DNA of 64,000 nucleotides from Histomonas meleagridis 2922-C6/04-290x (GCA_020184695.1 JAANOX010000101.1:1-64000), one strand, 5' to 3'. Positions 40,367 through 52,199 are shown, counted from the first letter of the stretch. The notes: a model not told the origin generated them from the letters alone. Translations and numbers: made by a program.

Positions 40367-43300
40367 TTATTGGATTAAAGTTAAGTTTAAACTTCCACTT
40401 GTATCAATATCATCACCAGTATCGACGTCTTCATCGTTATCTCTTTTCTTTTTTGTTTTAGTACTACAAAATGAAACCGATAAAATCACAACCAACAAAA
40501 TCAAAACGAATACACTCACAATCGATACAGCCAATGTAGTATTTGTTTCATTAACATCTTTAACATTTGTTATCTTTAATTCCAGACCTAAATATTCATA
40601 TTCTGTTTTCCCGCAATATAAATTTGATAAAAATGTTGAATTATCTTCAATAGATTTTGTTGTTCCATGAAGAATAGTTTTCTCAAGTAAATGTTGACAT
40701 TGACCATCACCTAATCCAAATAATATTGGACCATTATATTCATTACTATATTCATCTAAATATATATCAACTGATTTCGGTAAACTATCCAAAGTAATTG
40801 AAGTAAAGTTATTTCCATAATGAATTTCTAATGAAGCGGATGTTATATCACAAGATAAGAACAATATAACATTAACTTTATCTAATATCAATTTCTCTTG
40901 TACAGTTATACCAATAATTGTTTGAGCTGCGCCTTCACAAATTACCAATTTTTTAACATAAGTTGTTAATGAATTAAAAAATATTAAATTAGCTGATTCA
41001 GTATTAGATAAAGAATAGATTTCAATTTCATTAAAATATATTTCAGAGATATCATTCACATTGATATTAATTACTTCATATTTATCACCTTTAATTATTG
41101 TTTTATAAGGAATATATACTTTTGACATGAACTTATTATTTAAACTATAAATATTTAAATGGAATTCGACATTTAATTCTAATGGTATTATTTCGGAATC
41201 AGTAATAATATTCAAAGTTTCGACATTAAATTGATCAGGCTCAATACGAATAGCAGGTTCAACACCTTTACTCCAATCGCCAGTAATATTTAATGTTCTA
41301 TATTCAGCAAGAGTTATACTTGAATATAATAAATTTGTCGAATTATATATATTACCATTACAGTGTATTTCGATATTTGGAGTTTCAATCGAAAATGTAT
41401 AATCACTATCAATTTCAAACGAGCCATAATTCGAAGTTAAGTTATATCCATTTTCTTTAAATTCGATTGTAGTGTTTTGTGTAATAGTTACATGAACACT
41501 ATCGAATTTAGGAAATGGAAACTTTCGTAATTCAAACGTTTGTAATGAATCAATATCAATAATACAATTCGAATTACAGAAATAAATATTATCAATTGAC
41601 GTAGTGTTAATACTTGCGCCATATAACAATATAAATAACATAATATATGGCTGTAAAACTTCGCCTTTATCAATGAAATTAATTGTTCCATTCGAAAAAG
41701 TAATAAATGCTAAAGAATTATTCCCAATATAAACATTAAATGAATAATCGGAATCCAGACAAATTACTGTTAAACTTGCGCTGATATCTGAAAAATCAAA
41801 GTATATGTCTGGTGGCATTGACTCATTAATAATAATAGTGATACCAACAGTGAAATCTTCAATACGCGTTTTATATTGACTGAAGTTATCTTTTGTAATT
41901 TGATAATACGTTTTATCATTACATACTTCACCATAACAAAGATATGAGTCGATTATCGATGGGTAATTAGTCATAGACAATGTTAAGTCACCTGTATCCT
42001 CATTAAATTTGACATCTGTTAATGACGTATCATCACAAAAACCATAAACATTAGCAAACTGTGGGTAATGTATCTTTGTCATATTGGCGTAATACCCATT
42101 CAAGTTAACGATCTTATGTGGGGTAGTAAATAGCGGTGTAACTTCTTCATCCTTTGGTATATAAGTTACACAATAATCAATGACAACATCAATGGTAGTA
42201 CGATATTTGATGATAACGTTATCGATGTTAATTGTACCCATCATTGATAAGCTAAATTTGAAATTAAGTTGACATAATGAGCCAAACTCAAGGTTGGAAA
42301 AGTTGATAGTCCCTGAAAGTAAATCGATGTCATTAAGGATGACATAACTGGAATCACCAGTGAAGTCGAGTTGAGAAGAATTTACACCGGAATTGAAAAC
42401 GATGTAATTGAATTGAACTTTGATGCGGTCGTTGGAATGAAAAAGTGATTTTGAATACTCGGAAAATTCAATTTGATCGAATATTAACTGCGTTGAATTT
42501 GAAGTTTTGTTTTTCGCATTGACGTCAATAATATTATCACCAACTGAAGCAAATGAATATATCGATTGGGTTCCGGGGTTAAGAAGGAAATGAAGAGTCG
42601 ACTCAGAAAGGAAAATATGTGATAACTTTGAATTCTCATTTAACTCAATTGTACTTTCGCCATAAACATAAATGAAAAAACAATGCTTCTCAAGTGGAAC
42701 AGAGTAAATTGGTATCGCGAAGTAACATCCGGTATAAATATAAATTTGTAACGTTGGAATATAATTAAGCCATTTGTATGAATCATCAGTAAAAGTGATG
42801 TTTCCAGATGGGTTTACAAGCTCAACTTGTAACGTGTATCTGATCTGCTGTTTGTATATTGTGACTTTGTATGGAATATTCATAAAGATCATAACGTCCG
42901 TTTCAATGCCAAAACATATGTTGGCGTCGGACGCGGCGCCGATGACTTTGTACCCGCTCCACGACTTCGCGAAACGAATGGAAATGTCTTTTGTCGGATA
43001 ATACGATTCTTCTTCGAGAGTAAATGTTCCTTCGTCTGCTGTTATTTGCGTGAAGTTGGTGAGAGAATAGAAGTCAGTGTCCAAATTAATGGTATTGAGA
43101 ATGACATTTGAGGAAAGAAAATTAACGTGCCGCAATTTTAAGAAAATGGGATCAAACTTATCACTCTGTGTTATGACGGATATGTTTGCTATGGAAAGAA
43201 TATTGTTTTCTTTGATATTTGATAATGATACAACTGAATTGGGTTGACCATTAATTTCGAAAGTTGTGACACTAAAATTGTTGAAGTTTAATTCTAATGG

Positions 43301-43471
43301 ATTATTGCCATCATTAATTATATACAAATTTAAAACTGATGAATTTGTTTCATTTATTTCTGTGACTGAAGTAATATTTATATACCCAGTTGGACAGCTC
43401 TGCCTCAGGCTATCAGGAGCAATGCAAAACATCCCATCTGCTTTTATTTTGAGGAAGAAAATCCAAAGCAT
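40367..43471 (-). CDS. Type I membrane surface protein, beta-rich ectodomain
   Basis: 1034 aa with hydrophobic N-terminus, Asn/Thr/Phe-rich ectodomain, C-terminal TM helix (LAVSIVSVFVLILLVVILSVSFC) and basic/acidic tail. Confidence 0.8.
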   Translation of the reverse strand: MLWIFFLKIKADGMFCIAPDSLRQSCPTGYINITSVTEINETNSSVLNLYIINDGNNPLELNFNNFSVTTFEINGQPNSVVSLSNIKENNILSIANISVITQSDKFDPIFLKLRHVNFLSSNVILNTINLDTDFYSLTNFTQITADEGTFTLEEESYYPTKDISIRFAKSWSGYKVIGAASDANICFGIETDVMIFMNIPYKVTIYKQQIRYTLQVELVNPSGNITFTDDSYKWLNYIPTLQIYIYTGCYFAIPIYSVPLEKHCFFIYVYGESTIELNENSKLSHIFLSESTLHFLLNPGTQSIYSFASVGDNIIDVNAKNKTSNSTQLIFDQIEFSEYSKSLFHSNDRIKVQFNYIVFNSGVNSSQLDFTGDSSYVILNDIDLLSGTINFSNLEFGSLCQLNFKFSLSMMGTINIDNVIIKYRTTIDVVIDYCVTYIPKDEEVTPLFTTPHKIVNLNGYYANMTKIHYPQFANVYGFCDDTSLTDVKFNEDTGDLTLSMTNYPSIIDSYLCYGEVCNDKTYYQITKDNFSQYKTRIEDFTVGITIIINESMPPDIYFDFSDISASLTVICLDSDYSFNVYIGNNSLAFITFSNGTINFIDKGEVLQPYIMLFILLYGASINTTSIDNIYFCNSNCIIDIDSLQTFELRKFPFPKFDSVHVTITQNTTIEFKENGYNLTSNYGSFEIDSDYTFSIETPNIEIHCNGNIYNSTNLLYSSITLAEYRTLNITGDWSKGVEPAIRIEPDQFNVETLNIITDSEIIPLELNVEFHLNIYSLNNKFMSKVYIPYKTIIKGDKYEVININVNDISEIYFNEIEIYSLSNTESANLIFFNSLTTYVKKLVICEGAAQTIIGITVQEKLILDKVNVILFLSCDITSASLEIHYGNNFTSITLDSLPKSVDIYLDEYSNEYNGPILFGLGDGQCQHLLEKTILHGTTKSIEDNSTFLSNLYCGKTEYEYLGLELKITNVKDVNETNTTLAVSIVSVFVLILLVVILSVSFCSTKTKKKRDNDEDVDTGDDIDTSGSLNLTLIQ

Positions 43472-43931
43472 TGGGCTCGTTTCTGCGCAGAACGATTACA
43501 CCGGTTATTTCAATTGAAATTATTGTTCGATGGAAACTGTCACTTTCAATTTTTACACAAGGAAATGTTCCTGCACTTTTCAGGAGATTAAATTCAATTC
43601 AATAAGTGAAGATTGGCAAAACATCAATAAACTTTTTTAATACTTTATGAATAAAGTAAAATATTCAAAATATTTATCGCTCTTCAAGAATTAAAATCCA
43701 TTATTTTTAAACAAAATGGTAATTACATGCATTTGTTTTTCTAATTCTTAGATGTTATTGATATTAGTATATATACTTCCATAAACACATGTAAATATTT
43801 TTTTGATACTAAATTTAGATATTCTCCTGAAACTGAATATTTTCCTGTTTAATTAATACTTAAAGTATTTCAGCAAAAATCTCATTCTATATTTTCATTA
43901 CATTTTTTAAATTGAATTTTTTAATAATCAT

Positions 43932-46900
43932 TTACCAAAACGGGCACCACCCGCTGTACATTCTCGAGAAGTTATACAAACTTGTTGCCTGTTCGATTAG
44001 CCAATCTGCCTGTTCCTCGACCGAATATTTTTTATTTTTATCTATATCAGTTCCGGTCAACTTCTGATGAATTCTTTTTCTAATTTCGTCGTTTGACAAT
44101 TCGCTTTGTTCGTCGTCTGTCATGTACGCTCTTCCTGCGTCTATTACGCTTCCAGTTGGCGCCTTTGACAAAGTCTTTGAGAATGACGGCGACATTGCCA
44201 ATTCATTTGAGTCATCGATTTCCATTGCCGACTTATCGATAGTCAAATCTGGATCGATCAATGGCTCTTGGACGAAAATGGACAAAACCATTTCGAGCAC
44301 GATATGATTATTCCTTAATATATGCGACGTATTTATCAATGTCCTCTTAAACAAACCATCGACTCCGCCAGCGCCTAAAGCTTTCACCATCATTCTCGTT
44401 AATCTAAATGGAACGACTTCGGGCAAATATTTACGTTTCGCAGCTTTCTCAAAACTATCACCGAAATCGATATGAACGATTTTACCGGTGAAACGATTTA
44501 ATAATAAATTCGATGGATGTCGATCTCCTAAACCAATGATATAACCAACAATCGAAGTCATAGCTATAGATATTGCGAAAGCATTAATTTGCTTTAGCCA
44601 TATATCAGGATTAAAAGCCTTTAACCATATGAAATTAGAGATATCAGTATCGGGTATTATATTAAATATTTTTCGTATTAAGTCCATCTTTTGAATTGGT
44701 AACATGAAATCAAAGTTAGGACAACCTAATTGTTCTATTAAGTTATATTCTTCCATAGGTTCTCTTCCATGTAATTTCCGATATTGTTCAACGACAACTC
44801 GTAATGTATCAGTACCTGTAGCCCATTGTACTAATCCATGAGACATTGATAATGGAATAACACTAACAGTTTCAATGAAGTTCCCATTAAAACTTGTTTC
44901 TTTCATTAATAAACTATTAATTAATCGGAAGAATTGCATTAACCTTTCATCTAATCGTAAATCTTCATGACCTTTTAATAAATATTGATAAAAGTTTCCA
45001 TCGTCACCTTTAATTATTATATCTTTAGGTTGTTGTTTCGACATATAAACAGAGAATTGACGTACAAAATAATTAATATAAATAATTGGCGAATTAGGTT
45101 TATATGTACCTGGTACTGCTAATAAGAAATGATCTTTCTCACATAATTCTGGAGAAATTGTACTTAATTGAATTGTTCGTATTCGTTTAACTTCATCTTC
45201 GACTTGATCACTCATAGATTTACACCATTGTGATAATTGATTTATACTTGTGGTACTTCCTGGGCGATAACTCTTTAATAATTGATCTAATTGTGATAAG
45301 TTTTTAGAATATTGTTGTATGAAGTTTTCATGCATTTCACATTGTGGATGTTTAACTAATTCTAAGATCGATCGTAATGTATATACCATTTTATCAAAGT
45401 TACGACGTTGATAATGATCAAAACAATCGGAAATTCGTTGTAATACTTTTTCTCCCCATGTAATAGCTGCACGTAATAATGCTGAACGTATTAATTTTAC
45501 TTCAGCACATATTTCTGGTTTAACATTTTTTAATTTATCTAATATTAATGCTGCACCTTTTGCACGAATTATATTTTTAGAATATCGTAATACTATTAAA
45601 GAAAATACAATATCATGATAATGATCAATTAATAATTTAAAGACTAAATCTTCTACAAATTTCTTAACTTCTTCACATGGATGACATAAATGTATAAATA
45701 TTTGTGGTGATGCTTGTAATAAAAGTTTGATACTTAAGTTTTCTATTGATTCACGACAAGAATTTAATATATTTAAATCTTCTGCATTTTCAAAGAACAA
45801 ATTTAACATTTGTACTACATCTGGAAATGAAGGAGATAAACTTGCACATCTAGCTAATGTTTGGATAGCGTTTATTATATATTTTGCTTTATTTTCTTTA
45901 TCATAATTAATTAACGATATATTAATTTCACTCCATTTACGTAACGCTTCTATTTTAGTTGTATGCATTGTTAATTCATTATATATTTGTGATGGAATAA
46001 CTATTGATACATCTATAGATTCTAAATTTTGTTCTTTATTCTTATGATCAACAGGAATTCGGATTTTACTATCATCGATATTAATTATAGTTTTCTCTAA
46101 TGATTGATAAGCTTCAATTAATGTATTATAATCATTACTTTTCATTTGGATTAACCAACTTGAATAAAAATAATTTGCTTGATCTTGAATATTATTATTA
46201 TTAATTAATTCTTTCATTTTATTTAATGTTAATTCTTTATTTGTACCAATATTCCATTGAGCTATTAAATAATATAACTTTTGTAAATCTGTAGCTCTTT
46301 CATATTGGAAATTAGGAAATAATATATCAAATGCATTTACATGAAGTTTAGTTCCTAATGTAATACTTCTTAATTGAAAGAAATGTATTAATGTATCATC
46401 TTTTAATTCGGCAACTTTAACTCTATTTGTTAATATATTTAACCATAAATCAAAATTACGTGGAGTAGTTTTAAGTCGTTGTTTCCATACTAATTCAATC
46501 TCACTTCGTTTATCTTCATTAATTAACCATTCTTGCATTTCTAATAATTCAACTAATTCTTGACATTGTAACATTATATCTTGATGAACACTTTGATTAT
46601 CATGTTCTAATGTAATAGGTCTTGATGCTAATAGAGAAAATCCTGTTTGTACTAATTGATTTAATGTCTTGAAGTCATTATTATGTAATGCTTTATAAGC
46701 AGATAAAATTGTACAACGTAATGAGTTTTGTGATGAATATTTTAATACTTTTTCTAATTCATCCCAATCATTTAATCGTAATGAAGCTTCTGCAAAATAT
46801 TTCGATAATTCACGTTTTTGATTTGGTAATAATTTATAAAACTTATCAATGTTTTCTAAGACTTGTGGATACATTGCTAAAGATATTTGAGTTTTAATTA

Positions 46901-49900
46901 ACTTAGAAAAGTTATTATATTGTGAAAATGTTTCATATTGTTTTTGATATATTGGTTCTACTTTATCATACATTTTTAATCGTGATAATACTTCTGCATT
47001 ATTTAATGAGACTAATTTCATTTTACTTCTTTGCCATACTCCTGTAGCATTTGAATAATCATTAAGTTTTACAAAGATATCAATTAATTGTCCAATTTCA
47101 TTTTCTTCATTAATATTATTATCAAAAATTTGTTGTTGAATCTTTAATGCATATGCTACACATCCATAACGTAAACAAGAATTTACTAATTTATTTGTAT
47201 CGATAGGTAAAGGATTTTCTGTTTTATCCATATAAGCAATTAAATTAATAATAGTTCTAGCAATAGTTTCATAATTTTCAGATGCATCTAATAATAATGT
47301 AAAGAATGAAGTAATTTGTCGTTTACCTTGTTCACTCATAATCTTCCAACAACTATAAAATGCTGGATGAAACATTTTTTGTGCAAATGGTTGATATAAT
47401 GAAGAAAATGTTGAACATGATCGAATAGAAGCTGAAGGTGAATTAGATATTACATTTAAGATAAATGATCTAAACCATTGATCTAAATGTCGACCAAATG
47501 TAGGATTAGCTAAAGTAATTCTTGATAAAATTGTATCTTCTACAAATATGAAATTACTTTCGATTTGATTTGGTGGTGATGGAGGTTTCTCATTAATATT
47601 TAATGGTTTAAATGAATCTAAATATTTACCTTTCGATACTTCTGATACTAATTTCCTTAATTCAATTGTTTCTAATTTATTCTTCTTAAGAAAATCAAAT
47701 AAAGGTTGTGCATTCATTAAGAATGAAAATCCATGTGCTTTTAATATGGCATATAATAATTCAAATGAGATATTCGATGTTTTCTTATCAGTAGATATAA
47801 TTGAAGATTCTAAAGTTCTTGAAATAATACCTAAATAAGAAAATGTATCAACGTTTTGTACAATTTCAATTAATGTTTCAAGTGATTTAATTCGAACACC
47901 GAATAATGTTTTCTCATAAATAATGGCATCACATATTTGTGGTATAATTAAATATAATAAATCACTTGAATATAAACCTAATAAAGAAAATGATTTTAAT
48001 ACTTTCTCACAACATTTTGCATCATGAGTTTTCTTATCATCTAAAATTTCTACTAATAAACAAATAGTATCTGTAGCATAAGGACTAAATCCATCTCGAA
48101 CAGACTTTAAAAATGCTACAATTATATCTAAGAATTGATGAACTAATTCATCACAAAATCGATTTTTGATGAATTTTAATGATCGACTTAAAAATGGCGA
48201 AGTATTATGTGTAGAATTATTAATTAATTGTGCATATAAAGGTAATAAAACTTTCATTTCTTCAATACTACAATTTTCTAATACTTCTAAAAATCGTGAA
48301 ACAAAAGAATCGAAATATGATAATAAAGACATTTTCGGAAATCTTAAAACTTCGACAAGTGCTTTAACTATATCTTCATAAAAAGATTTCATATTATCAT
48401 CTTTAAATGCGTTAATTAAAGCATTAGCACAATAAGATGAATAATATTGTTCAGTAGTAGTCTTATTATTAATTAATAATGATTCATCTATAACACCATC
48501 TGCATCACGTGAAGGATGAAAGAATTGTCGTGCTAATTCATCATCCATATTTTCCGGTGTTTGTGTTCCTTTAGGTGGAGGCTTTTGATGTACTTCTGGT
48601 ACACCTATAGCGCCTAAAACTTTTAATATTGTCATTCGAGCTTTTCTTGATCTAGTTGATGCTAAATAAGTTGAACAAGTTGAAAGTATTAAAGGTAATA
48701 AAGTTCTATAAGTAATACGTGAAGCACCTGGTGATAATAATATTGAAAATAACATAAATATATTTAATGATAATAAACGATGTTCAGTAGTTAATGAAAT
48801 ATCACATAAAATTGGTATAAAAATATCAGCATATTTCGATACTTGATCAGGTACTAATGGAGCTAATAATGATAATATTCGACATGTACTAATTAATATT
48901 GAAGTTTGTGCATCTTCTTCTAAGAAATTCTCAAATTTAGCTTTGGAATCATATTTTGTTAATATGTCCATAATGATTTCTAACATACCACCTGAATACG
49001 CTTTAATTATTGTTGAGGACGCTTTAATTAATTCGGGTAATACACGTAAAAAACGTGACTTAGTACGAATTGATGGGACATGTCGAATGATAAAGAATGA
49101 ATCTAATAAACCTTTTCGTGTTAATGATGACATAGCCATTGGATTAATCTTTGATAACTTCGCAATAAGTTTATATACAACTTCTCGTACTGAAATCGAT
49201 TCATCATTTATAAAGATATCATAAAATTTGACATATTCTTGACTTGCAATTGAATCACAAATGTTTTTAGTGATCGCTTTAATAATTGAACATCGAACTT
49301 GTACATTTTCTTCAAATACTATTTGTTGTAAATATCGTTTTGATATCGTTTCAATTGATATGGAATTCGAACTTTTACCTAAGTTAAATACGGCTTCGGG
49401 AACTATTGTTCGGATTTCTTGTGATTTATCTGTTGATAAATTCCATAAAATACTTAAAAATTCTTCTTGATTATAAAACGTTTCTTTTGGTAATTTTGAT
49501 ATGAATTTTAATGCGATAATATTATTCGATCGTTTTAACTCTGTAAGTAAACGTGAACTTAATAACTTAGCTAAATCATCTTGTAATCCTTTTTCATTCT
49601 TTGCTAATGCTACAAAGAAATCAGTAAATTCTTGTGTTAATGGTTCATCTAATAATTGCTTTAATAAATCTAATTCAAATGGACAACATTTATCTGGAAA
49701 TGATTTAACTATTGACGTCAGAATTTGAAAAGAACAATCAGTAACATCACCAATTAAAAGTTTTGCAAAACCAATTAATCTCTTAACGTTCTTCTCCATA
49801 AAAGCGGGGACCGTTTGGCATAATAAAGTTAACGTTCTTGTCACCTCAAATGGAAATTCAATTAAAAGTGACTCGGCTTGTGTTAAATTTTCTTCTGCAA

Positions 49901-50765
49901 CATTTTCGATAAATTGGGTAGGATCAACTTCTGATAAATGTGATATAGCTACAAATGCTTTAACTTGGACTATTAATGGCATTCCATCAGTATTATTTTT
50001 AATTAAATCAATTATATGCATAAAATATGGGAAAAAATAATTAGGACAACTATTAATTAGAACTATATATAAAGAAAGTGCCGCTGTTTTACGAATTGGA
50101 TCTTCATAAAATAGAAGATTTTTACAAATGTTTGAAAAATATGTTATAAAATTATCTAAGTCAGAGCGTCCATATCGACTAATGGCTCTTACATACGCTG
50201 AAATTGCTGAAGCTGTGGCTGATAAAACTTTAAGTGATGGATTTGAAATTAAATGCCAAATGGCATTTTGCAAGGTTTGAGAAAAAAGAACTACAATACT
50301 TCCTGCATTTAAAGATAAGCTTTCTAACATGATAGCAGCTGCTAAAGGTCGTGAACGCCTTCCTTTAGAATTTGTCCATCCAATAGCTCTAGTAAATAAA
50401 TGAGAAACATATCTAGATTTTTCTATTCCTGGATGATGAATTAAACGTCCAATACACCAGCTAGTAAATTTAGCATATTCTTCTTCAATTTGAGGAACTA
50501 AACGATCAAAGATTTGTGCAAGTTCAGCAAAGTTGGGATAACCAAATTCATTCATACTTGTGACACCAATTGCAGTTCTTATTGAGTTTTTTGTCTCAGG
50601 ATATTTAGATAAATCTTCTAAAAGTTTAATGTATTGTTTAACATAAGTTGTTAAATTAGAATTACTCATTCTTACCATATCAAGGTAAAAAGAGTCGTAA
50701 TATGTCGTGTATGTTTTAACTAGTTCTGAGAATTTATTGGGAATTGGAAGTTGGGCTAAATCCAT
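43932..50765 (-). CDS. TOR: TOR-like PIKK kinase
   Basis: HEAT/FAT region, LLAVPGTY, SKQQP, KGHEDLRLDERLMQ, YIIGLGDRHPSN, HIDFGD, VPFRLTRMM, FATC YSGWCPFW. Confidence 0.93.
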   Translation of the reverse strand: MDLAQLPIPNKFSELVKTYTTYYDSFYLDMVRMSNSNLTTYVKQYIKLLEDLSKYPETKNSIRTAIGVTSMNEFGYPNFAELAQIFDRLVPQIEEEYAKFTSWCIGRLIHHPGIEKSRYVSHLFTRAIGWTNSKGRRSRPLAAAIMLESLSLNAGSIVVLFSQTLQNAIWHLISNPSLKVLSATASAISAYVRAISRYGRSDLDNFITYFSNICKNLLFYEDPIRKTAALSLYIVLINSCPNYFFPYFMHIIDLIKNNTDGMPLIVQVKAFVAISHLSEVDPTQFIENVAEENLTQAESLLIEFPFEVTRTLTLLCQTVPAFMEKNVKRLIGFAKLLIGDVTDCSFQILTSIVKSFPDKCCPFELDLLKQLLDEPLTQEFTDFFVALAKNEKGLQDDLAKLLSSRLLTELKRSNNIIALKFISKLPKETFYNQEEFLSILWNLSTDKSQEIRTIVPEAVFNLGKSSNSISIETISKRYLQQIVFEENVQVRCSIIKAITKNICDSIASQEYVKFYDIFINDESISVREVVYKLIAKLSKINPMAMSSLTRKGLLDSFFIIRHVPSIRTKSRFLRVLPELIKASSTIIKAYSGGMLEIIMDILTKYDSKAKFENFLEEDAQTSILISTCRILSLLAPLVPDQVSKYADIFIPILCDISLTTEHRLLSLNIFMLFSILLSPGASRITYRTLLPLILSTCSTYLASTRSRKARMTILKVLGAIGVPEVHQKPPPKGTQTPENMDDELARQFFHPSRDADGVIDESLLINNKTTTEQYYSSYCANALINAFKDDNMKSFYEDIVKALVEVLRFPKMSLLSYFDSFVSRFLEVLENCSIEEMKVLLPLYAQLINNSTHNTSPFLSRSLKFIKNRFCDELVHQFLDIIVAFLKSVRDGFSPYATDTICLLVEILDDKKTHDAKCCEKVLKSFSLLGLYSSDLLYLIIPQICDAIIYEKTLFGVRIKSLETLIEIVQNVDTFSYLGIISRTLESSIISTDKKTSNISFELLYAILKAHGFSFLMNAQPLFDFLKKNKLETIELRKLVSEVSKGKYLDSFKPLNINEKPPSPPNQIESNFIFVEDTILSRITLANPTFGRHLDQWFRSFILNVISNSPSASIRSCSTFSSLYQPFAQKMFHPAFYSCWKIMSEQGKRQITSFFTLLLDASENYETIARTIINLIAYMDKTENPLPIDTNKLVNSCLRYGCVAYALKIQQQIFDNNINEENEIGQLIDIFVKLNDYSNATGVWQRSKMKLVSLNNAEVLSRLKMYDKVEPIYQKQYETFSQYNNFSKLIKTQISLAMYPQVLENIDKFYKLLPNQKRELSKYFAEASLRLNDWDELEKVLKYSSQNSLRCTILSAYKALHNNDFKTLNQLVQTGFSLLASRPITLEHDNQSVHQDIMLQCQELVELLEMQEWLINEDKRSEIELVWKQRLKTTPRNFDLWLNILTNRVKVAELKDDTLIHFFQLRSITLGTKLHVNAFDILFPNFQYERATDLQKLYYLIAQWNIGTNKELTLNKMKELINNNNIQDQANYFYSSWLIQMKSNDYNTLIEAYQSLEKTIINIDDSKIRIPVDHKNKEQNLESIDVSIVIPSQIYNELTMHTTKIEALRKWSEINISLINYDKENKAKYIINAIQTLARCASLSPSFPDVVQMLNLFFENAEDLNILNSCRESIENLSIKLLLQASPQIFIHLCHPCEEVKKFVEDLVFKLLIDHYHDIVFSLIVLRYSKNIIRAKGAALILDKLKNVKPEICAEVKLIRSALLRAAITWGEKVLQRISDCFDHYQRRNFDKMVYTLRSILELVKHPQCEMHENFIQQYSKNLSQLDQLLKSYRPGSTTSINQLSQWCKSMSDQVEDEVKRIRTIQLSTISPELCEKDHFLLAVPGTYKPNSPIIYINYFVRQFSVYMSKQQPKDIIIKGDDGNFYQYLLKGHEDLRLDERLMQFFRLINSLLMKETSFNGNFIETVSVIPLSMSHGLVQWATGTDTLRVVVEQYRKLHGREPMEEYNLIEQLGCPNFDFMLPIQKMDLIRKIFNIIPDTDISNFIWLKAFNPDIWLKQINAFAISIAMTSIVGYIIGLGDRHPSNLLLNRFTGKIVHIDFGDSFEKAAKRKYLPEVVPFRLTRMMVKALGAGGVDGLFKRTLINTSHILRNNHIVLEMVLSIFVQEPLIDPDLTIDKSAMEIDDSNELAMSPSFSKTLSKAPTGSVIDAGRAYMTDDEQSELSNDEIRKRIHQKLTGTDIDKNKKYSVEEQADWLIEQATSLYNFSRMYSGWCPFW

Positions 50766-50880
50766 TCCAAAAAATTTGTCGAACGTTAACCTGCCGATTC
50801 AATTTCAAAAAACAATTTTTACTTAGAAAAAGTTGGTATTACGACCGTTTACATGATTTTTCATTGAATAATTCTACAAT

Positions 50881-51381
50881 TTATTTATTTGCACCTTCTT
50901 CTGTTTCATCGTCACTAATATCTTCATCTTTCACTTGAATACTATCTGGTATCTCTGAGTCAGGCCCTATAAGTAAGTCAACAGCTTTGACTTCTTCGGG
51001 ACTATTTTCATCAAATTTAGAAACTGCATCAAAAAGAGGTGACTGTCCTTGGCTATTCTTGATTTTGGGATTGGCGCCTGCTTTAACAAGAATTTCAATA
51101 ATTTTACTATTTCGATTAATTGCTGCAAAATGAAGAGGTGTTGATCCACTCTTTGTTTGAACATTAAGATTAATGCCTGGTTTCTTAATTATTTCTGTAA
51201 GTAGAGCAACAAGTCCATTTGCAGAAGCTGCATGTATAGGTGTTGTTCCATACTCATCTGGTTTACAAGGATCAATTTCTGGGAAATCTTGTAATAAAGA
51301 GATTCCTGTTTCTTCGTCACCATAACGACAGCATTCATAAAACTCAAATTGTGGATCAAATTCTTCTTCTTCTGAGGCCAT
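50881..51381 (-). CDS. Ankyrin repeat protein (uninterrupted)
   Basis: DEYGTTPIHAASANG, TKSGSTPLHFAAIN, NSQGQSPLF; hairpins are intact with no inserts. Confidence 0.9.
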   Translation of the reverse strand: MASEEEEFDPQFEFYECCRYGDEETGISLLQDFPEIDPCKPDEYGTTPIHAASANGLVALLTEIIKKPGINLNVQTKSGSTPLHFAAINRNSKIIEILVKAGANPKIKNSQGQSPLFDAVSKFDENSPEEVKAVDLLIGPDSEIPDSIQVKDEDISDDETEEGANK

Positions 51382-51503
51382 CTAAATAAATTACCCTTTT
51401 ACCCTTTTAGAAAAAATTCACTTTTTGCTTATTATTAAAAAACATTTTTGAACTGTTTTTGCCGTCACAAAAAAAAATCGTTAGATCTAACTTTCCAATT
51501 GGA

Positions 51504-52199
51504 ATGTCTGAAAAAAGTAAGCAAACTCTTCTTAAATATGATGTTCCTGTTTTATCTCAAAACAATAATTCAAACGAAAAAAAGAAGAAAAACAATCAGT
51601 TTACTTCAAATATGGTAATTCGAGATATTTTAAATGAATTACTTCCACCTCGTGAATTTACAGAAAATGGTCAACACCTAATACAGTATGTAAGCTCTTC
51701 TCCAGCCACTCGATCAGATACATTACAATTGCAAAAACAACTTGATCAACAATTACAACAAAAAAAAGCAAAAGAAAATGGAATTTGTCCGATTAGATCG
51801 GAACTTTATAGACAATGTTTTGATGAAATTATAAGAGAAACAACAATAGATTGCAGCGCACGTGGTATATTACTTGGAAAAATTCGTGATGAAATGCAGT
51901 CAACAATTTCTGCATACAGATCATTATATGAATCAGCTCTAACATATGGAATGCGTAAAGCAATGCAAAATGAATTAGCAAGAAATGAAGCTATAGCTGA
52001 AAATGAATCATTGAGAGAACAGAATCGCGTTCTTGCTGAAAGAAATAAAGAACTTGAAGAAAAAATTCAAGAAATAGAAAATCGTACAGAAAGCTATATT
52101 CAAAAGAAGGAAAAAGAACACGAAAATGAAACAGCTTTTCTTCGGCGTCAAGCATCACAGCTAAAAACGCAATTAGAGCAAATGTTAACATCTAGATAA
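51504..52199 (+). CDS. DNALI1: Axonemal inner-arm dynein light chain p28
   Basis: TLLKYD.P, DILNELLPPREF, QYVSSSPATR, GICPIRSELY.QCFDEIIR..TIDC..RG.LL..IRDE; first ATG at 51504. Confidence 0.93.
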   Translation: MSEKSKQTLLKYDVPVLSQNNNSNEKKKKNNQFTSNMVIRDILNELLPPREFTENGQHLIQYVSSSPATRSDTLQLQKQLDQQLQQKKAKENGICPIRSELYRQCFDEIIRETTIDCSARGILLGKIRDEMQSTISAYRSLYESALTYGMRKAMQNELARNEAIAENESLREQNRVLAERNKELEEKIQEIENRTESYIQKKEKEHENETAFLRRQASQLKTQLEQMLTSR

